Both the position numbers and the translations under genes were made by a program. The notes below the pieces were generated by a model that was not told where the DNA came from, made no database searches, and saw nothing but the letters and a program-made list of their open reading frames with translations. 64,000 nt of DNA, from the NCBI RefSeq assembly GCF_009914755.1, contig NC_060940.1, one strand, 5' to 3'. This document shows positions 1 to 15,879 of this stretch, piece by piece. Source of the DNA: the human T2T-CHM13v2.0 reference genome, Homo sapiens. Every line of letters starts with the position of its first letter. Position 1 is the first letter of the stretch.

Positions 1-479
1 CAATGGCAACCTCAGAAAGGCTGTGACCCACTCTGCACCTGCTCAGGCCATACCTGGACTGGGGTGGAGGCCAGAAGAGGGTGTGGTGAGGAGGGAGGAG
101 GAGCCCAGATCACAGGACAGGAAGGCAAAGTCCTCAGGTGGGCTGTAGGGGGCGCTCCAGGCCCAGAGACGGGGCAGCAGGAATCATCTGCGTTTTGAGG
201 GCGGATGTTCTCACTTCACTCTGGCTGCTGTTGGGGCCCAAGAGAGCCTAGAAAAGTCCTGGGACCTTCAGACATGGCTGCTGGGAGGACAAATCAGGAC
301 AAGCTCTCCAAGGGCTCACCAGGCCATAACAACGTGCAAATCACCCAGATTCACAAGGCATGGGCTTTTAAAATAATTTGGCAATATGAGCACATCAAAG
401 AACCATAAAAACATTCTTCTTGCTTGACCCCGTCGTTTTACTTCTAGAAACCTATTCTAAGGAGTTCACCACAAATTCA

Positions 480-945
<466 letters not shown>

Positions 946-1069
946 ACAACCTTACTCACAAAAAGATTCATTGCAGTACTATTTACATTTGTGAAAAACT
1001 GGAAACAACCTAAAGTCCAAGTCCATGAAAACGTTCAAGTAAGCTAAGACTATAAAAAAAACAAAAACA

Positions 1070-1370
1070 GGCCGGGTGCTATGGCTCATGCCTGTAATCC
1101 TAGCACTTTCAGAGGCCGAAGCGGGCAGATCACTTAAGGTCAGGAGTTCGAGATCCACCTGGCCAACATGGTGAAACACCTGTTTCTACCAAAAAATACC
1201 AAAAAAAAGTAGCCAGGAGTGGTGGTGCACACCTGCTACTCGGGGATGCTGAGGTGGGAGAATCGCTTGAACCCTGGGACAGAGGTTGCAGTGAGCCGAG
1301 ATCGTGCCACTGCACTCCAGCCTGGGCGACAGAGTGAGACCTTGTCTCAAAAAAAAAAAAACAAAAACAC
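1070..1370 (+). mobile_element. AluS
   Basis: Full dimer with A tail. Confidence 0.9.
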
Positions 1371-2223
1371 AGAAAATGGTTATAGCAAAACCTAAACAGA
1401 TAATAGGCCATAAATTAGTTATGCAGTAGTTTTTCAAAAAGAAGCCACATAGAATACAAAATATACTATCCTAAATGTCAACAGGGATTGTGTTCAGATC
1501 ACAGTAAAAGATAATTTTTACTTTTCCTTCTTTCTGTGTTTTAGAATTCCCCAAAATTTTCTGAAGTAGCATGTTTTAAAATAAATAAATACATTCTGAA
1601 AAGGAAAAAAAATAGTGTGTATTCTTTGAGCCAGAAATTTTACTTTAAGAAATGTTGTATGGAAAGGAAAAAAACAACCATGAATATACACATACAAATG
1701 CTCCCAAGATGTTTATCATGGCATGGATTATAATAGTGAAGATTTGGAAACAATCAAAATGTCTCAAAGTAGGGTACTGGGTAAGTCAATTATGGAATAA
1801 ATCTATTAAAATAAAATTATAGAAGTGAAATTCATGTCATGGATGTTCATAATCTACTGATAAGCAAGAAATAAAGTCATTTATAAATCAGCGTGTACTG
1901 TGGGCTTCTAATTTTATATTTAAAGGGGTTATATATGTACTTTTCATTTTTTCCAGAATTTTCTACAATCAACAAAGAAGGAGGAGGAGTTGAGGAGAAG
2001 AGCTAGATCCAGGTGGAGACCCAGGTGTTTTTAAAATCTGAGGCACAGATGACATGAATTATCAAATTTAATTTTGAAGACAAGGAAAGGATAGAATATT
2101 TGGAATTGAAACCTTCTTGGAAAAGTTGGGCCATTTGACGACAAGAGATATAGGCTAAATGGAGGATTCCCCCTTCTCTGTGCCCAGCCTTACTGTCCAC
2201 CTTCCCTTGAAAATTACTTCCCC

Positions 2224-3066
2224 TATGCAAAGGATATAAACAGACACTTCTCAAAAGAAGACATTTATGCAGCCAAAAGACACATGAAAAAATGCTCATC
2301 ATCACTGGCCATCAGAGAAATACAAATCAAAACTACAATGAGATACCATCTCACACCAGTTAGAATGGCAATCATTAAAAAGTCAGGAAACAACAGGTGC
2401 TGGAGAGGATGTGGAGAAATAGGAACACTTTTACACTGTTGGTGGGACTGTAAACTAGTTCAACCATTGTGGAAGTCAGTGTGGCTATTCCTCAGGGATC
2501 CACAACTAGAAATACCATTTGACCCAGCCATCCCATTACTGGGTATATACCCAAAGGACTATAAATCATGCTGCTATAAAGACACATGCACACGTATGTT
2601 TATTGCGGCACTATTCACAATAGCAAAGACTTGGAACCAAGCCAAATGTCCAACAATGATAGACTGGATTAAGAAAATGTGGCACATATACACCATGGAA
2701 TACTATGCAGCCATAAAAAAAATGATGAGTTCCTGTCCTTTGTAGGGACATGGATGAAATTGGAAATCATCATTCTCAGTAAACTATCGCAAGGACAAAA
2801 AACCAAACACCGCATGTTCTCACTCATAGATGGGAATTGAACAATGAGAACACATGGACACAGGAAGGGGAACATCACACTCTGGGGACTGTTGTGGGGT
2901 GGGGGCAGGGGGGAGGGATAGCATTAGGAGATATATCTGATGCTAAATGACGAGTTAATGGGTGCAGCACACCAGCATGGCACATGTATACATATGTAAC
3001 TAACCTGCACATTGTGCACATGTACCCTAAAACTTAAAGTATAATAATAAAAAAAAGAAAAGAAAA
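2224..3066 (+). mobile_element. 5'-truncated L1PA (L1PA2/3-like)
   Basis: ORF2 C-terminus (ORF 2284-2745, CWRGC...HCWWDC zinc knuckle), L1 3'UTR and poly(A); 15-bp TSD GAAAATTACTTCCCC at 2209-2223 and 3067-3081. Confidence 0.95.
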
Positions 3067-3291
3067 GAAAATTACTTCCCCAAGTGTCCTCCTTCGATTT
3101 GACATATTTGAGCCCCCAAACACCTTTGGGGGCAGGGGCAGCTCATGACACTCTGCATTTGACAGAGGCCAAACATGCAAGTTGGCCATAAGGCCGGGAT
3201 TGCGAAGCAGGTCTTTTGATTTCCCTGGCTCTTTTCCCTACATGTTTGAGCTGCTAAAAATCAAGACAGGGTTGTTACAGGAAAAAGTGGA

Positions 3292-3513
3292 GCAGGATTT
3301 CTCAGCTTTGGCAATATTGACATTTGGGGCCAGATGAGTCTTGGTTTTGGGGGATTATCCTGTGCATTTTAGGATATTTGGCAGTATCCCTGGCTTCTAT
3401 CCATTAGACACCAGTAGCACCACTGTCCCCAAAACGCTACCACTATCAAAAATGTTTCCAGACATTGCCAAATGACCCCTGGGGGCAAAACCACCCACTG
3501 CTGAGAACCACTG
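3292..3513 (-). mobile_element. MER20 DNA transposon (hAT-Charlie)
   Basis: Resembles the MER20 consensus (CAAAAATGTTTCCAGACATTGCCAAATG...GAGAACCACTG terminus). Confidence 0.8.
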
Positions 3514-3681
3514 AGATAAATGAGGTGTGAGAGGGATCTTTGATGCCCCGAAGTCATTCCTGGGAGAAGGGAATGCTGCCTGTTCCTGCATCTGGGAAGC
3601 TAATAATTAGGAAGGCAGAGAGGGGATACTGGTTTATGTAAAATGGCGTGGGTGCTACCAATCTACTATGCAGACTCCTAG

Positions 3682-4175
<494 letters not shown>

Positions 4176-4774
4176 CATGTGTTGATCTTTTATTAAGCAG
4201 CTTTCTCTTTACCCAGGCTGTGGGTTCTTGAAGAAGGACATTCTTACTAATCTTCGTATCTGGCATTCCTAACACAAAGTCTGGATTAAGGTGATGCTCA
4301 ACAGATGTTTGTGGTCTGAAATGAAATTCACCACCATGTTACTCTTTTAAGCCAAGCAGGATGGTGGGGGCTACAGGGTAACTTCATGGCTCTGTATTTA
4401 ACTAAGCCTGACTCTTCATGACTCAACCTTCAAGGGGTCCCACAAAAATAATTAGCCCAAAGTCAGACTCACTCAATTCTCACAGGCATTCATTCACTCA
4501 ACATTCAAAGGACATTTCAGGTACTCAGGGAACTTTGCTAAGCACAGGAGTGGGGAAGGGAAGGAATCATCCCTCTTAGTCCCCAACTTCAGGGACCTCA
4601 GAGTCTGTCTTGGAGATGTCAGAATGTCTTGTCTCCTCTCCTGTAGGGGAGAATATATCTAGACAAGACCCCACAGAAGTGCCAAGGAGGGGAGGTTACA
4701 GCTGGCTGCAGGCAGGAGTGAAGACTTCCTGGAGGACATGGTATTTGAGCAGGGCCTAAAAGGATATGTAGTGT

Positions 4775-5081
4775 TTTTTTTTTTGTTTTGTTGTTTTGAG
4801 ACAGGGTCTCACTCCGTCTCCCAGGCTGGAGGGCAGTGGCAAGATCTCAGCTCGACGCAACCTCTGCCTCCCAGGTTCAAGTGACTCTCCTGCCTCAGCA
4901 TCCTGAGTAGCTGGGATCACAGGCATGCGCCACCACACCCAGCTAATTTTTGTATTTTTTGTAGAGACAGGGTTTCACCATATTGGCCAGGCTGGTCTCA
5001 AACTCCTGATCAAGGCGGTGATCTGCCCGCCTTGGCCTCCCAAAGTGCTGGGATTACAGGCATCAGCCAATGCGCCTGGCC
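4775..5081 (-). mobile_element. AluS
   Basis: Reverse full dimer. Confidence 0.88.
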
Positions 5082-5286
5082 TGAAATTTCTTTTAAAAGG
5101 AAATCTCATATCACTACTGTAGAAGAGATGCTGAATCATTTGCCATAAACAGGAGGTAACCATGGAGACAAATACAGAGAACATAAAGCCAAGTTATTAA
5201 ATGTCTAGCTAGATACTGTGGCATGGTAGGGCTCCCCTGTTCTTTCCTGACTCCTCAGCCCATTCTCTGTTAAAAAGGGGAGCTGG

Positions 5287-5610
5287 GGTCGGGCACGGTG
5301 GCTCATGCCTGTAATCCCAGCACTTCGAGAGGTTGAGGCAGGAGGATCACTTAAGCCCAGGAGTTCCAGACCATTCTGGGCAACATGGTGAAACCCTGAC
5401 TCTACCAAAACAAACAAACAACAAAATACCCAGAAAACCACACACACACAAATTAGCCAGGCATGGTGGTGTGTACCTGTGGTTCCAGCTACTTAGGAGG
5501 CTGAGGTGGGAGGATCGCTTGAGCCAGGGACGTCAAGGATGCAGTGAGCCATGATTGTACCACTGCACTCCAGCCTGGGTGGCAGAGCAAGACCGTCTCA
5601 AGGAAAAACG
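5287..5610 (+). mobile_element. AluJ
   Basis: Full dimer with GGA-rich tail. Confidence 0.85.
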
Positions 5611-6387
5611 AGGGAGGGAGGGAAGGAGGGAGGGAGGGAGAGAGAGAGAGGGAGAAAAGCTGGGCACTGAGAGACAGAAGGAGAGGCACTGAAGACATCT
5701 TAGCTCCAAGCTGAGTGTCCTTGGAGCAACCAGGAAGATTCATTAAGACTGAAAAGAGAATAATTTTTAATGTGATTCAAGGTTATTTCATACAATCATC
5801 TCACTTTGGGAAGCTAGACCAGTGGAATCAGGCTTGGAGTCAAGAGACATGGTTCAGGTACCGGCTTCATTACAACATTGCTGTGTGACTTTGGACAAAA
5901 TCTATGCTGTCTCTGAGTTTCCTTATCTACTAAAATAAGGCAGATGGTACTCATGGGATGAGTTTTCAGAAAGAATCTCAGGATCCCTACTCAAACCCTG
6001 GTGTAAGTGGGGCAAGGATGTCATAGGTGAGCGACAGCTATCTGGGCTCTTTACCCAGGCTGTGGGTTCTTGAAGAAGGACATTCTTACTAATCTTTGTA
6101 TCTGGCATTCCTAACACAAAGTCTGGATTAAGGTGATGCTCAACAGATGTTTGTGGTCTGAAATGAAATTCACCACCATGTTACTCTTTTAAGCCAAGCA
6201 GGATGGTGGGGGCTACAGGGTAACTTCATGGCTCTGTATTTAACTAAGCCTGACTCTTCATGACTCAACCTTCAAGGGGTCCCACAAAAATAATTAGCCC
6301 AAAGTCAGACTCACTCAATTCTCACAGGCATTCATTCACTCAACATTCAAAGGACATTTCAGGTACTCAGGGAACCTGAGCTAGGGA

Positions 6388-6787
6388 TGCGGGGGTAAAG
6401 GAATTTACCAAGACAGTTGTAGATAAAGGAAGGCAGATTTATTAAAGAAAGTATGAAAATACATTGCCGGGGAGCAACTGGCAAAACCAGCAGAAGAGGA
6501 ACCGACTGCAAGGAAGCAAAGGCTTTCTGAGGATTTTATAGAATGGAACTTGGGCTGATTGATAACACCAATGCAGCAGGGAGCTTAACTTGCATTCTTT
6601 CCTCAGCGGGGGTGTTTGATAAATTGAGGTGTTTGATGGTAAGCAGGAAGTCTGCGAGTTATGTACGTTATCTGCATGGGAGGGCCGTATGTCCTGGGCC
6701 AAGGTAGACCTAGAACTTATTTGCTTTATCTCTTTGCTCTCTCTGGTCCCACCAGTCTGACCCCTTTTCCCTAATTAGGATTCCACA
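6388..6787 (-). mobile_element. ERV1-type solo LTR (subfamily not assigned)
   Basis: TG...CA ends; minus-strand TATAAAA and AATAAA; minus-strand start TGTGGAATCCTAATTAGGGAAAAGG. Confidence 0.6.
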
Positions 6788-7068
6788 AAGGATAGGACAG
6801 GGGAGGGGGGCATTTTGCCAACTTGAGGGCAAGATCTCGGAGCATCAATGATCCAGTGAAAATTGGGAAGACAACATCACAAAAGACCTAAAAGAATGTA
6901 GGCTCCCGGAAGCTAGTTCCTGTGGCTCACAGTGACTGCACTAAGCTCAGAGATTTGGTCTCCTCCAGATAAGTGCTGGGACCCCGTTGTTGTGGGCTGG
7001 AACTTGGTCCGGGCCAGGATCTGCTTGGAATGGAGAATCTACCTTCACAGAGAGGTCTAAAGTCAGTG

Positions 7069-7386
7069 TTTTGTTTTGTTCTATTCTGTTTTTTTGTTTT
7101 TGTTTTTTTGAGATGGAGTCTCACTCTGTCACCCAGGCTGGAGTGCAGTGATGCAATCTCAACTCACTGCAACACCTCCCGGGTTCAAGTGATTCTCCTG
7201 CCTCAGCCTCCCGAGTAGCTGCAATTACAGATGCCCGCCATCACGCCCAGCTAATTTTGGTATTTTTAGTAGAGGCAAGGTTTCACCATGTTGGGCAGGC
7301 TGGTCTCGAACTCCTGACCTCAAGTGATCCACCCGCTTTGGCCTCCCAAATGCTGGGATTACAGGCGTGAACCACCGCGCCTGGCC
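7069..7386 (-). mobile_element. AluS
   Basis: Reverse dimer; TSD TAAAGTCAGTG on both sides. Confidence 0.9.
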
Positions 7387-9285
7387 TAAAGTCAGTGCTT
7401 TGATGTTCTCTTGTGTGGGAAACCACATACACTATCACAGGCCAGGCTGTGGGCTGAGTCAGGACTGTGCAGGTCATGTAGGGCCTGAATGGGGCATTTC
7501 CAGAGGTTGAGGACCTGCCTTATGGGTAGAGAGAGGAGGCAGGATGACTTTCTTTGTTGCAGATGAAGATTCCGCAATTCCGTAAAGTTTGCTTGGGGTA
7601 TCAAAGCATTATCAAGTATCCAGGAGCCTGGCGGGTAGCATGCCTAATAACTAGAATTCATAGTGGATTGAATTAAAGACATCGGGGCAGGCTGAAGAGT
7701 AATGCACTTAGATTTAAGTCCAGGGTCTGCCTCCAGGACAAGCCACTGAATCTGAGCCTCGATTTCCTCCCTTGCAAAAGGGAGTTAGCAATGCCTACCA
7801 TAAGGGTAACTGGAAGGAGTCAATGAGATAATATGTGAAGGAGTCAGTGAGATAACATGAGATCAGCTCCCCATGGTGCTCTATATGGTACCTGGCACAT
7901 GGTAAACTCCCAGCAAGTGGAAGACATTGTCCATAGTAGCCACTAGCAGTCATCTGGTCAACCCATGTGAAAAGTGGGGCACAAACTGGGGAGAGGCTTC
8001 CTTGGGTTCACTACACCACTTACTAGACAAGCTGAAACTAGAAACCACGGGACTTCTAGACCCCCGCCTTTTCTCTAGCTTCAGCTGCCCTGTGCACAAA
8101 ATTGTTCATTAATAAATCCGGATCTCTCCAAGAAATGACTTTATTTGTAGATTTGCATATTTGCAAACTCTTTTTGTACACTGTGTGCCCAGGCTCCTAA
8201 AATCCTAGCCAATTTTTCAGTCCCAGGATAGTAAATTGGGAAACTCTTTGAGAGCGATGCAATAGTCTTAATCCTGCACTGGACCAATTTCAGTCAGGGT
8301 GTGGGCTTGCTGGGGGTCTTGCTTTTTTTCTGAGATCATCTGGGGATCATATGGGGATGGAAAATCCCTTAGTGTGACCTTGAGTGATCTCCACCCCTCA
8401 GCCTACTGGTCTTGCCTCTTGGCCCCAGTCTAATTGAAAAAGTTAAAGTTTCTGTGAACTCCCTTCTGCCAGGAAGCTCTAGGATTGGGCGCAAGGTCTC
8501 GATTGAGGACTGATGTCTATGACTGGTGGCCCATGCTGATGTCTGCAGTACTGTATCAACTACAGGCCACAGGTGACTGTGTTTCAGGAAGCACAGAGCT
8601 GAGGCCAACCATGAGACTGGGTGTCAAGCAGGAGCTTTAGGAACCCAGGCCCCCTGCAGAGTCCTCACCTGACTTCTTCATTTGTAAATGGTGAGAACCA
8701 ATGTGGTGAGGACCCTGCTCCAAGTCTTTTCCCAATGCCATCCCATTTAAGTCCCTGACAAATCTATTAAGCAGGAACTATTATTACTATTAGTATTATT
8801 TTCGTTTTACCATTGAGCAACTCAAGGCACAGAAATGTTAAGTTGACCTAGCTAGTAACTTGCTATGGTGTTTGTTTGTTTGCTTTAGAGAGAGAAGGGG
8901 TCTTGCCATGTTGCCCTGGCTTGCCTTGAACTCCTGGGCTCAAATGATCTTCCTACCTCAGCCTTCCAAGTAGCTGGAACTACAGGTGCACGCCACCATG
9001 CCTGGCTGCCGTATTACTATTAAGCGGCAGAGTCACACTGTAAACTCAACTAGCATGACCTCAGACTCATTCATTCATTCACTCATCAAGTAAATGTGTC
9101 CTGAATGTCTACCACGTACCAGGCACTGTTATAGGCACTTCAGAGACACCAGTGAACAAAAACAGTGATCCTTGCTCTTTCTTGCTTAAATTCTAGCAGG
9201 AGACAGACGACATATAATCATTACAAATAAGTAAATTATTTAGTTTGCTTGTAAATGTTAAATGCTATGGAAAAAGGGAAGATAG

Positions 9286-9781
<496 letters not shown>

Positions 9782-10524
9782 ACTTCGAGATGTAAGAATT
9801 AACAAGGGGTCAGAGAGGATAAAGGTAGGGGAGAAAGGGACCTCCTGGAGCGATAGACCTGCACGGCATGCTCCTCATGGAGGCTTAGAACGGAAGGCCA
9901 CATGGAGGATGAGGGGTAGGGGGTATCAGAAAGATGCTGTGGTTTTCAGACCCCTCAATATCCTGGCCACCCTTGGGGCAGGAAGGAGGTTGCTATGCCA
10001 GCTCTGAAGCCTCAACCCCAAAGAAATCTGACAGACCTGAGGGAGATTGCAGGGGAGGCAGCTTCAGTTGAGTGCATCCCAAGCGTGAAGGTCCTAGATA
10101 CAGAAACCCTGAGGTTCAGGGCCTAGGGCAAAGAAGTTAAGAGGCCAGAGTGCCCTTAGGCAAAATGGAAGCAAAGAAACAGATGACTGGCTGATGCTAG
10201 AGTTGGGGAACTCTGAGATCTGATATTCCAATTGTCCAGTGGCTGGAACCTACACTGTCCGTGTGAGAGCCTACACTTGAATATAGCCTCTGACTCTCCA
10301 TACAAGGCTCTATTTTGGACCTTGGTTAGCCTTGGCTGGCCTGGCTACCCCTCTCCCGTGGTAGCACAGCATTCAGCTGCTCTCGCCCTGCACAGTGCGG
10401 GCTTTGCTTTAAAAATTCTCATCTCAGGATGAATTTCCTTATTGGGTTACTCCAGTGTGACTAGTTCTTTGTCAAACACCTCCTCTGTCCCTGCCTTCAT
10501 TTGGGGGCCATCTTTTTTGCGGGG

Positions 10525-10818
10525 GAGGTACAGGGTCTTGCTCTGTCATCCAGGCTACAGTTCAGTGGTGTTATCATAGCTCACTGCAGCCTCAAACTCC
10601 TGGGCTCAAGCAATCCTCCCACCCTGGCCTCCCAAGTAGCTAGGGGTACATGTGATCCCCACCACTACTGGCTGATTTTTTAAATTTTTATTTTATTTAT
10701 TTATTTTGTAGAGATGGGGTCTTACTATGTTGCCTAGGCTGGTCTCAAACTCCTGGCTTCAAGTGATTCTCACCTTGACCTCCCAAAGCATAGGGATTAC
10801 AGACATGAGCCACTGGCC
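10525..10818 (-). mobile_element. AluJ
   Basis: Reverse dimer. Confidence 0.8.
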
Positions 10819-11229
10819 TTGGGAGTCATCTTAATGCTCAGCTCCACGTACCCCGAAACACAACCCCTTCTGTGAAAGCATTAGCAAGCAAGGAAGATTT
10901 TCAGAAAGTCTCAGAGGGACAGCAGAGAGAGTGACACTCACACACTTCACAATAACATTTTTTAAAATGCTTTTTACAGAGTTCTTCTCCCAGCTCTGGT
11001 CCCTTCTTTGCTGCCCCCCAAACTTCATCTAGACCCCTGAATGGCCCTCGTTTTTGAGGAGCAATGACCTCTCTCCTCTCCACTTCTCGGGGTCTCATTC
11101 TCACTCACGCTACCCTGCTCAGTTACAAATGATTCTCCTTGGCAGCTTAGACCTCTTTTCCTTTCATTTTGCACCCAAATCCCTTATATTCATATAAACA
11201 TTGATCAATCTTATTTTACCTAGGCTCTC

Positions 11230-11695
<466 letters not shown>

Positions 11696-12079
11696 CCTTT
11701 TTATAAATAGAAAAATCTCACTGACCTGCCTTGAGTTTAACATGCCCCCCACTGACAATCCCTCTAGATACCTGAGTTCTGAGTTCTAGGCCTGGCTCGG
11801 CCTCAGGCTTATTCTGGGACCCAGGCACATTTCTGCTTCTCTGGCCTCACTTTTTCTTATCTGTATAATGGAGGGTTAGGAGTCAAGGATCTGAAGATGC
11901 CAGGCAGGACAGCGGGGAAATGGAACACGCCCCTTGCCAGTGACACTCGGAGGGCGCAAGAGTCAGTGTCGGGCTCATCGTGAGCAGGTTCTTTCTGCCC
12001 CCAGTTCAGCAACCCGTCTGAACAGATCTGGCGTCCTGGAGAATTCTAGAATGAAGGGGAAGAGAGGCAGGGAAGAGCT

Positions 12080-12521
12080 GGGAAATACGCAAAGCGCCTT
12101 TTTCTCCACTTTCGGAGATGGTACGTGCGCGCTTCCACGCAGTGGCGGCTGCTGCGGCGAGCACGTCCCCTGCGGGACCCACGCGGGGAGTGGGCTGGCA
12201 GTGCGCGCACAGCGGCGGCGAGTGGGTCGTGCACGCGGATGCGGGGTGGGAGTGGGGGCGCACGCGCGGGCGTGGGCGAGCGGGCCCCGGCAGTGCACAC
12301 ACACGGCAGGGGCGGGCGACAGATGCAGTGCGTGCGCCGGAGCCCAAGCGCACAAACGGAAAGAGCGGGCGCGGTGCGCAGGGGCGGGCGCCCAGCGGGC
12401 TTGGCATGCGCGCCCCCGCCCGAGGCTATAAAAGCATCGCCACCTGCTGCCACTAGCCAAGCCGCGCGTCCAGTTGCTTGGAGAAGCCCGTTCACCGCCT
12501 CCAGCTGCTGCTCTCCTCGAC
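12080..12521 (+). promoter_or_regulatory. MT3: MT3 CpG-island promoter
   Basis: CpG-dense; TATAAAA at 12427-12433; MRE cores TGCRCNC at 12126, 12202, 12230, 12294, 12407; GC boxes. Confidence 0.88.
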
Positions 12522-13880
12522 ATGGACCCTGAGACCTGCCCCTGCCCTTCTGGTGAGCCCCCGCCCCCGCTCGCATCCTGCGCACTGCGCGCCCTTGTAC
12601 CTGCAAAGAAACCCACGCCCTGCGCCTTCGCTCAAGGACACTTGGGGGAAGGGCCCCTGATTCCCTATTCTTCACCTCGTGAAGGGCGGGCATGCCTGTG
12701 TCGCGGAGAACAGGGAGACTTGGCACCCCATCTCCTCGTGACAGGCGTGGGGACCCGAGTTCGTCCACATTAACCCTTCCTGTGGCGTCGCCCTCTCTAG
12801 GTGGCTCCTGCACCTGCGCGGACTCCTGCAAGTGCGAGGGATGCAAATGCACCTCCTGCAAGAAGAGTGAGTGCGGGGACCCTTCCCCTCTGCCGCCGCC
12901 CCCTCTGCTCTGCGGAGTCGGTGTCTCACCACGCAGGATGTGGAGAGACAGCCAGGCCCCGATCCCGTGGTTTCTGACTCTTGCTGGAATAGAACCACCC
13001 GGGCAGACATTAAAATACAGATGCCCCTGCCCCACACCCAGGAATTGATGGCCTAGGCGTGGGACGAGAGGTTTTTGTAAATCCCCAGAAGACTCCAATG
13101 GCAGCTGGGATTGAGGACTGCCACACTGGTCCAACCTTTCCCGACCCATCCCTCAAAAACTCCCCAAAACCTGGGGAAGCCATTAGTGAGGCTGCGGCTC
13201 AGCTCTGGAGTTCCGGTCCCTTGGCCTCTCTCCGGCCTTACGCATCCTCTCAGTTTGATCTCAAAATCTCCCCAGCTCACGGCAGTGTAATATGCATAGG
13301 GAGTAAGAGGTGGGAGGAAGGCTCCCTTCTTCCCTAGGTATGAAACCAGGCACAGGTCCCCACCGCCTCCCCACGGCTTTCCTGGGCCCCTTACATCTGC
13401 ACCATATCTGCCCCTCCCAAGTTTATCCTTTGAGGCCCCTTTCAAGGTCGTTTACCCTGTGCTGCTTTCTCCTTAAGGCCTAGTACCCACCTAACCTGGG
13501 CTTAAGCCCACCAGCCCCCAGGACTTCCTGGCATCCACCCAAGGGGCTCTGGTCATTTCCTGGGTACCTCACTCCTGTGGAGGTGCAGGATGCCACTGCC
13601 GCGACATAGATGCTGAGTCAAAGCAGGTGTGAGACTAAGAAGGGGGCTGCGACTAGCCCTGGCTGAATGAACCAGGATGACTCCCCACCCAGCACCCTTC
13701 CCTCCCCTTTGATGGGGACGAATTGGGGGAGTGTGCATCAGAGAGTGGTCATCTTCCATTTTATCTGCAGGCTGCTGCTCCTGCTGCCCTGCGGAGTGTG
13801 AGAAGTGTGCCAAGGACTGTGTGTGCAAAGGCGGAGAGGCAGCTGAGGCAGAAGCAGAGAAGTGCAGCTGCTGCCAGTGA
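12522..13880 (+). CDS. MT3: Metallothionein-3 (growth inhibitory factor), 68 aa, 3 exons
   Basis: Coding exons 12522-12552, 12801-12866, 13771-13880 with GT-AG introns give [73 protein letters not shown] motif and acidic EAAEAE insert are diagnostic of MT3. AATAAA at 13997-14002. Confidence 0.99.
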
Positions 13881-14111
13881 GAAGGCACCCCTCCGTGTGG
13901 AGCACGTGGAGATAGTGCCAGGTGGCTCAGTGCCACCTATGCCTGTGGTGAAGTGTGGCTGGTGTCCCCTTCCCCTGCTGACCTTGGAGGAATGACAATA
14001 AATCCCATGAACAGCATGAGCCAAGGACTGGTCTCTTCTTAAAGGGGGGAAGGATGTGGAGCAGTGGGGGAGCCTATTCCAAGGGAGCCACACAGTTAAG
14101 AGTGAAACCCT

Positions 14112-14516
<405 letters not shown>

Positions 14517-15071
14517 TCAAGTTCAAGTCTGGGAAACAGGAGAGACCAGGCTCATCTAGGTTTGTCCCTCTCCAACCTCCAAACCTCAGCTTCCTCATCT
14601 GTAGGATAGAGTTAGGGGGAGTTAAGGCCAGCCCCTAGCCTGTAGGGCCTGTGAATTTGGGGATTTTCTAGTTGCTCCTGCAAAGCTGCCTGTTTTCAGA
14701 GTTATTAGAGGAGAGTCCAGGAGGCCCAGGGGCTTGTCTTGGCTGACTGTCAGCTGCATTCCCAAGGTCACCACCCTGAATAGCCTGTTTCCCCAAAGCA
14801 CGTTGTTCAGTTCCCTTTCACATCTTCTCATTTGGCGGTTTGTCTCCAGCCCCTCCTGTCTTCAAGAGGAAGTAGGGTAATAAGAGCTTTTATCCACAGT
14901 GGTTGTGATCCAGTCCTTGGTGAAAGAGAACACTCAGGTTTACCTAGGTGAGCTAAGAAGGGAGAAATGAATTCTGGGAAACAAAAGTTTCCCAGTAAGA
15001 GGATACAATGCTGTGAACACAACACTTTTCCTCCAAGTTAGTTTTTTGCTGACAGTTAATTCAAAAGCTCA

Positions 15072-15073
<2 letters not shown>

Positions 15074-15118
<45 letters not shown>
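15074..15118. repeat. (TA)n microsatellite, about 22 units
   Basis: Pure TA run. Confidence 0.97.
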
Positions 15119-15119
<1 letters not shown>

Positions 15120-15879
15120 CCTAACAGGCTGAGTTTAGAAAAGGAGAATGCAAGGAAAGTCAAGCCAGCTTTGAAAAGGAACAACAAAGGGAGCTCGCTC
15201 CAACCTGGTAGCTCCACTCGTTCCCAAAGCTCTGGAAAATTGTGGAGGGTCAGGAAGAGATCAGTTGGACTGAAGACAGTTCAAAAACAAACCTCTGTGT
15301 TGCTGGAAGTAAGAGATGATCAAACCAGTGGGAAAGTACACACTACTCAGTGAAAGGTGTTGGAACAATTTACATGTCTGGCTAATTTTTGTAGAGATGG
15401 GGTTTCACCATGTTGCCCAGGCTGGTCTCGAACTCTTGAGCTCAAGTGATCCACCTGCCTTGGCCTCCCAAAGTGCTGGGATTAGAGGCAGACTTTTTTT
15501 CTTTTTCTCAGGCTGGAGTGCAGTGGTGCCATCAGGGCAGTGTGGACCTCCAGGGCTCAAACAATCCTCCCACCTCAGCCTCCCGAGTAGCTGGGACTAT
15601 AGGTGCATCCCATCACTCCCAGCTAATTTTTTTTTTTTTTGGTAGAGGCTGGGTTTTGCCAGGTTGCCAAGGCTATCAGTATGATTTTTAACTTCATTTT
15701 ACAGATGGGGCAGTAGGGGTTGGGGAAATTTGCATGAGGACACACAGCTAGAGTGGTGTGGTATAGCCAGGATTTGAATACAGGCTGTCTAACTATAGGG
15801 TAGCCCCCTAAACTTAAGCACGCATTGTTTTCTTGCTTCTGGCTTGCCTCGTGTTACAAAAAGCATAAAAAAAGAAGCA

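Larger units (their letters stand above)
4205..6375 (+). repeat. 329-bp direct repeat pair (4205-4533 and 6047-6375)
   Basis: Identical by eye apart from C4255/T6097. Confidence 0.95.

Noticed and set aside
2284-2745. 153-aa ORF
   Set aside because: C-terminal L1 ORF2 fragment of a truncated insertion, frameshifted at an A-run.
11934-13149. Long ORFs on both strands over the MT3 promoter (up to 367 aa)
   Set aside because: Stop-poor GC-rich CpG island; low-complexity Ala/Arg/Gly/Pro translations with no recognisable domain.
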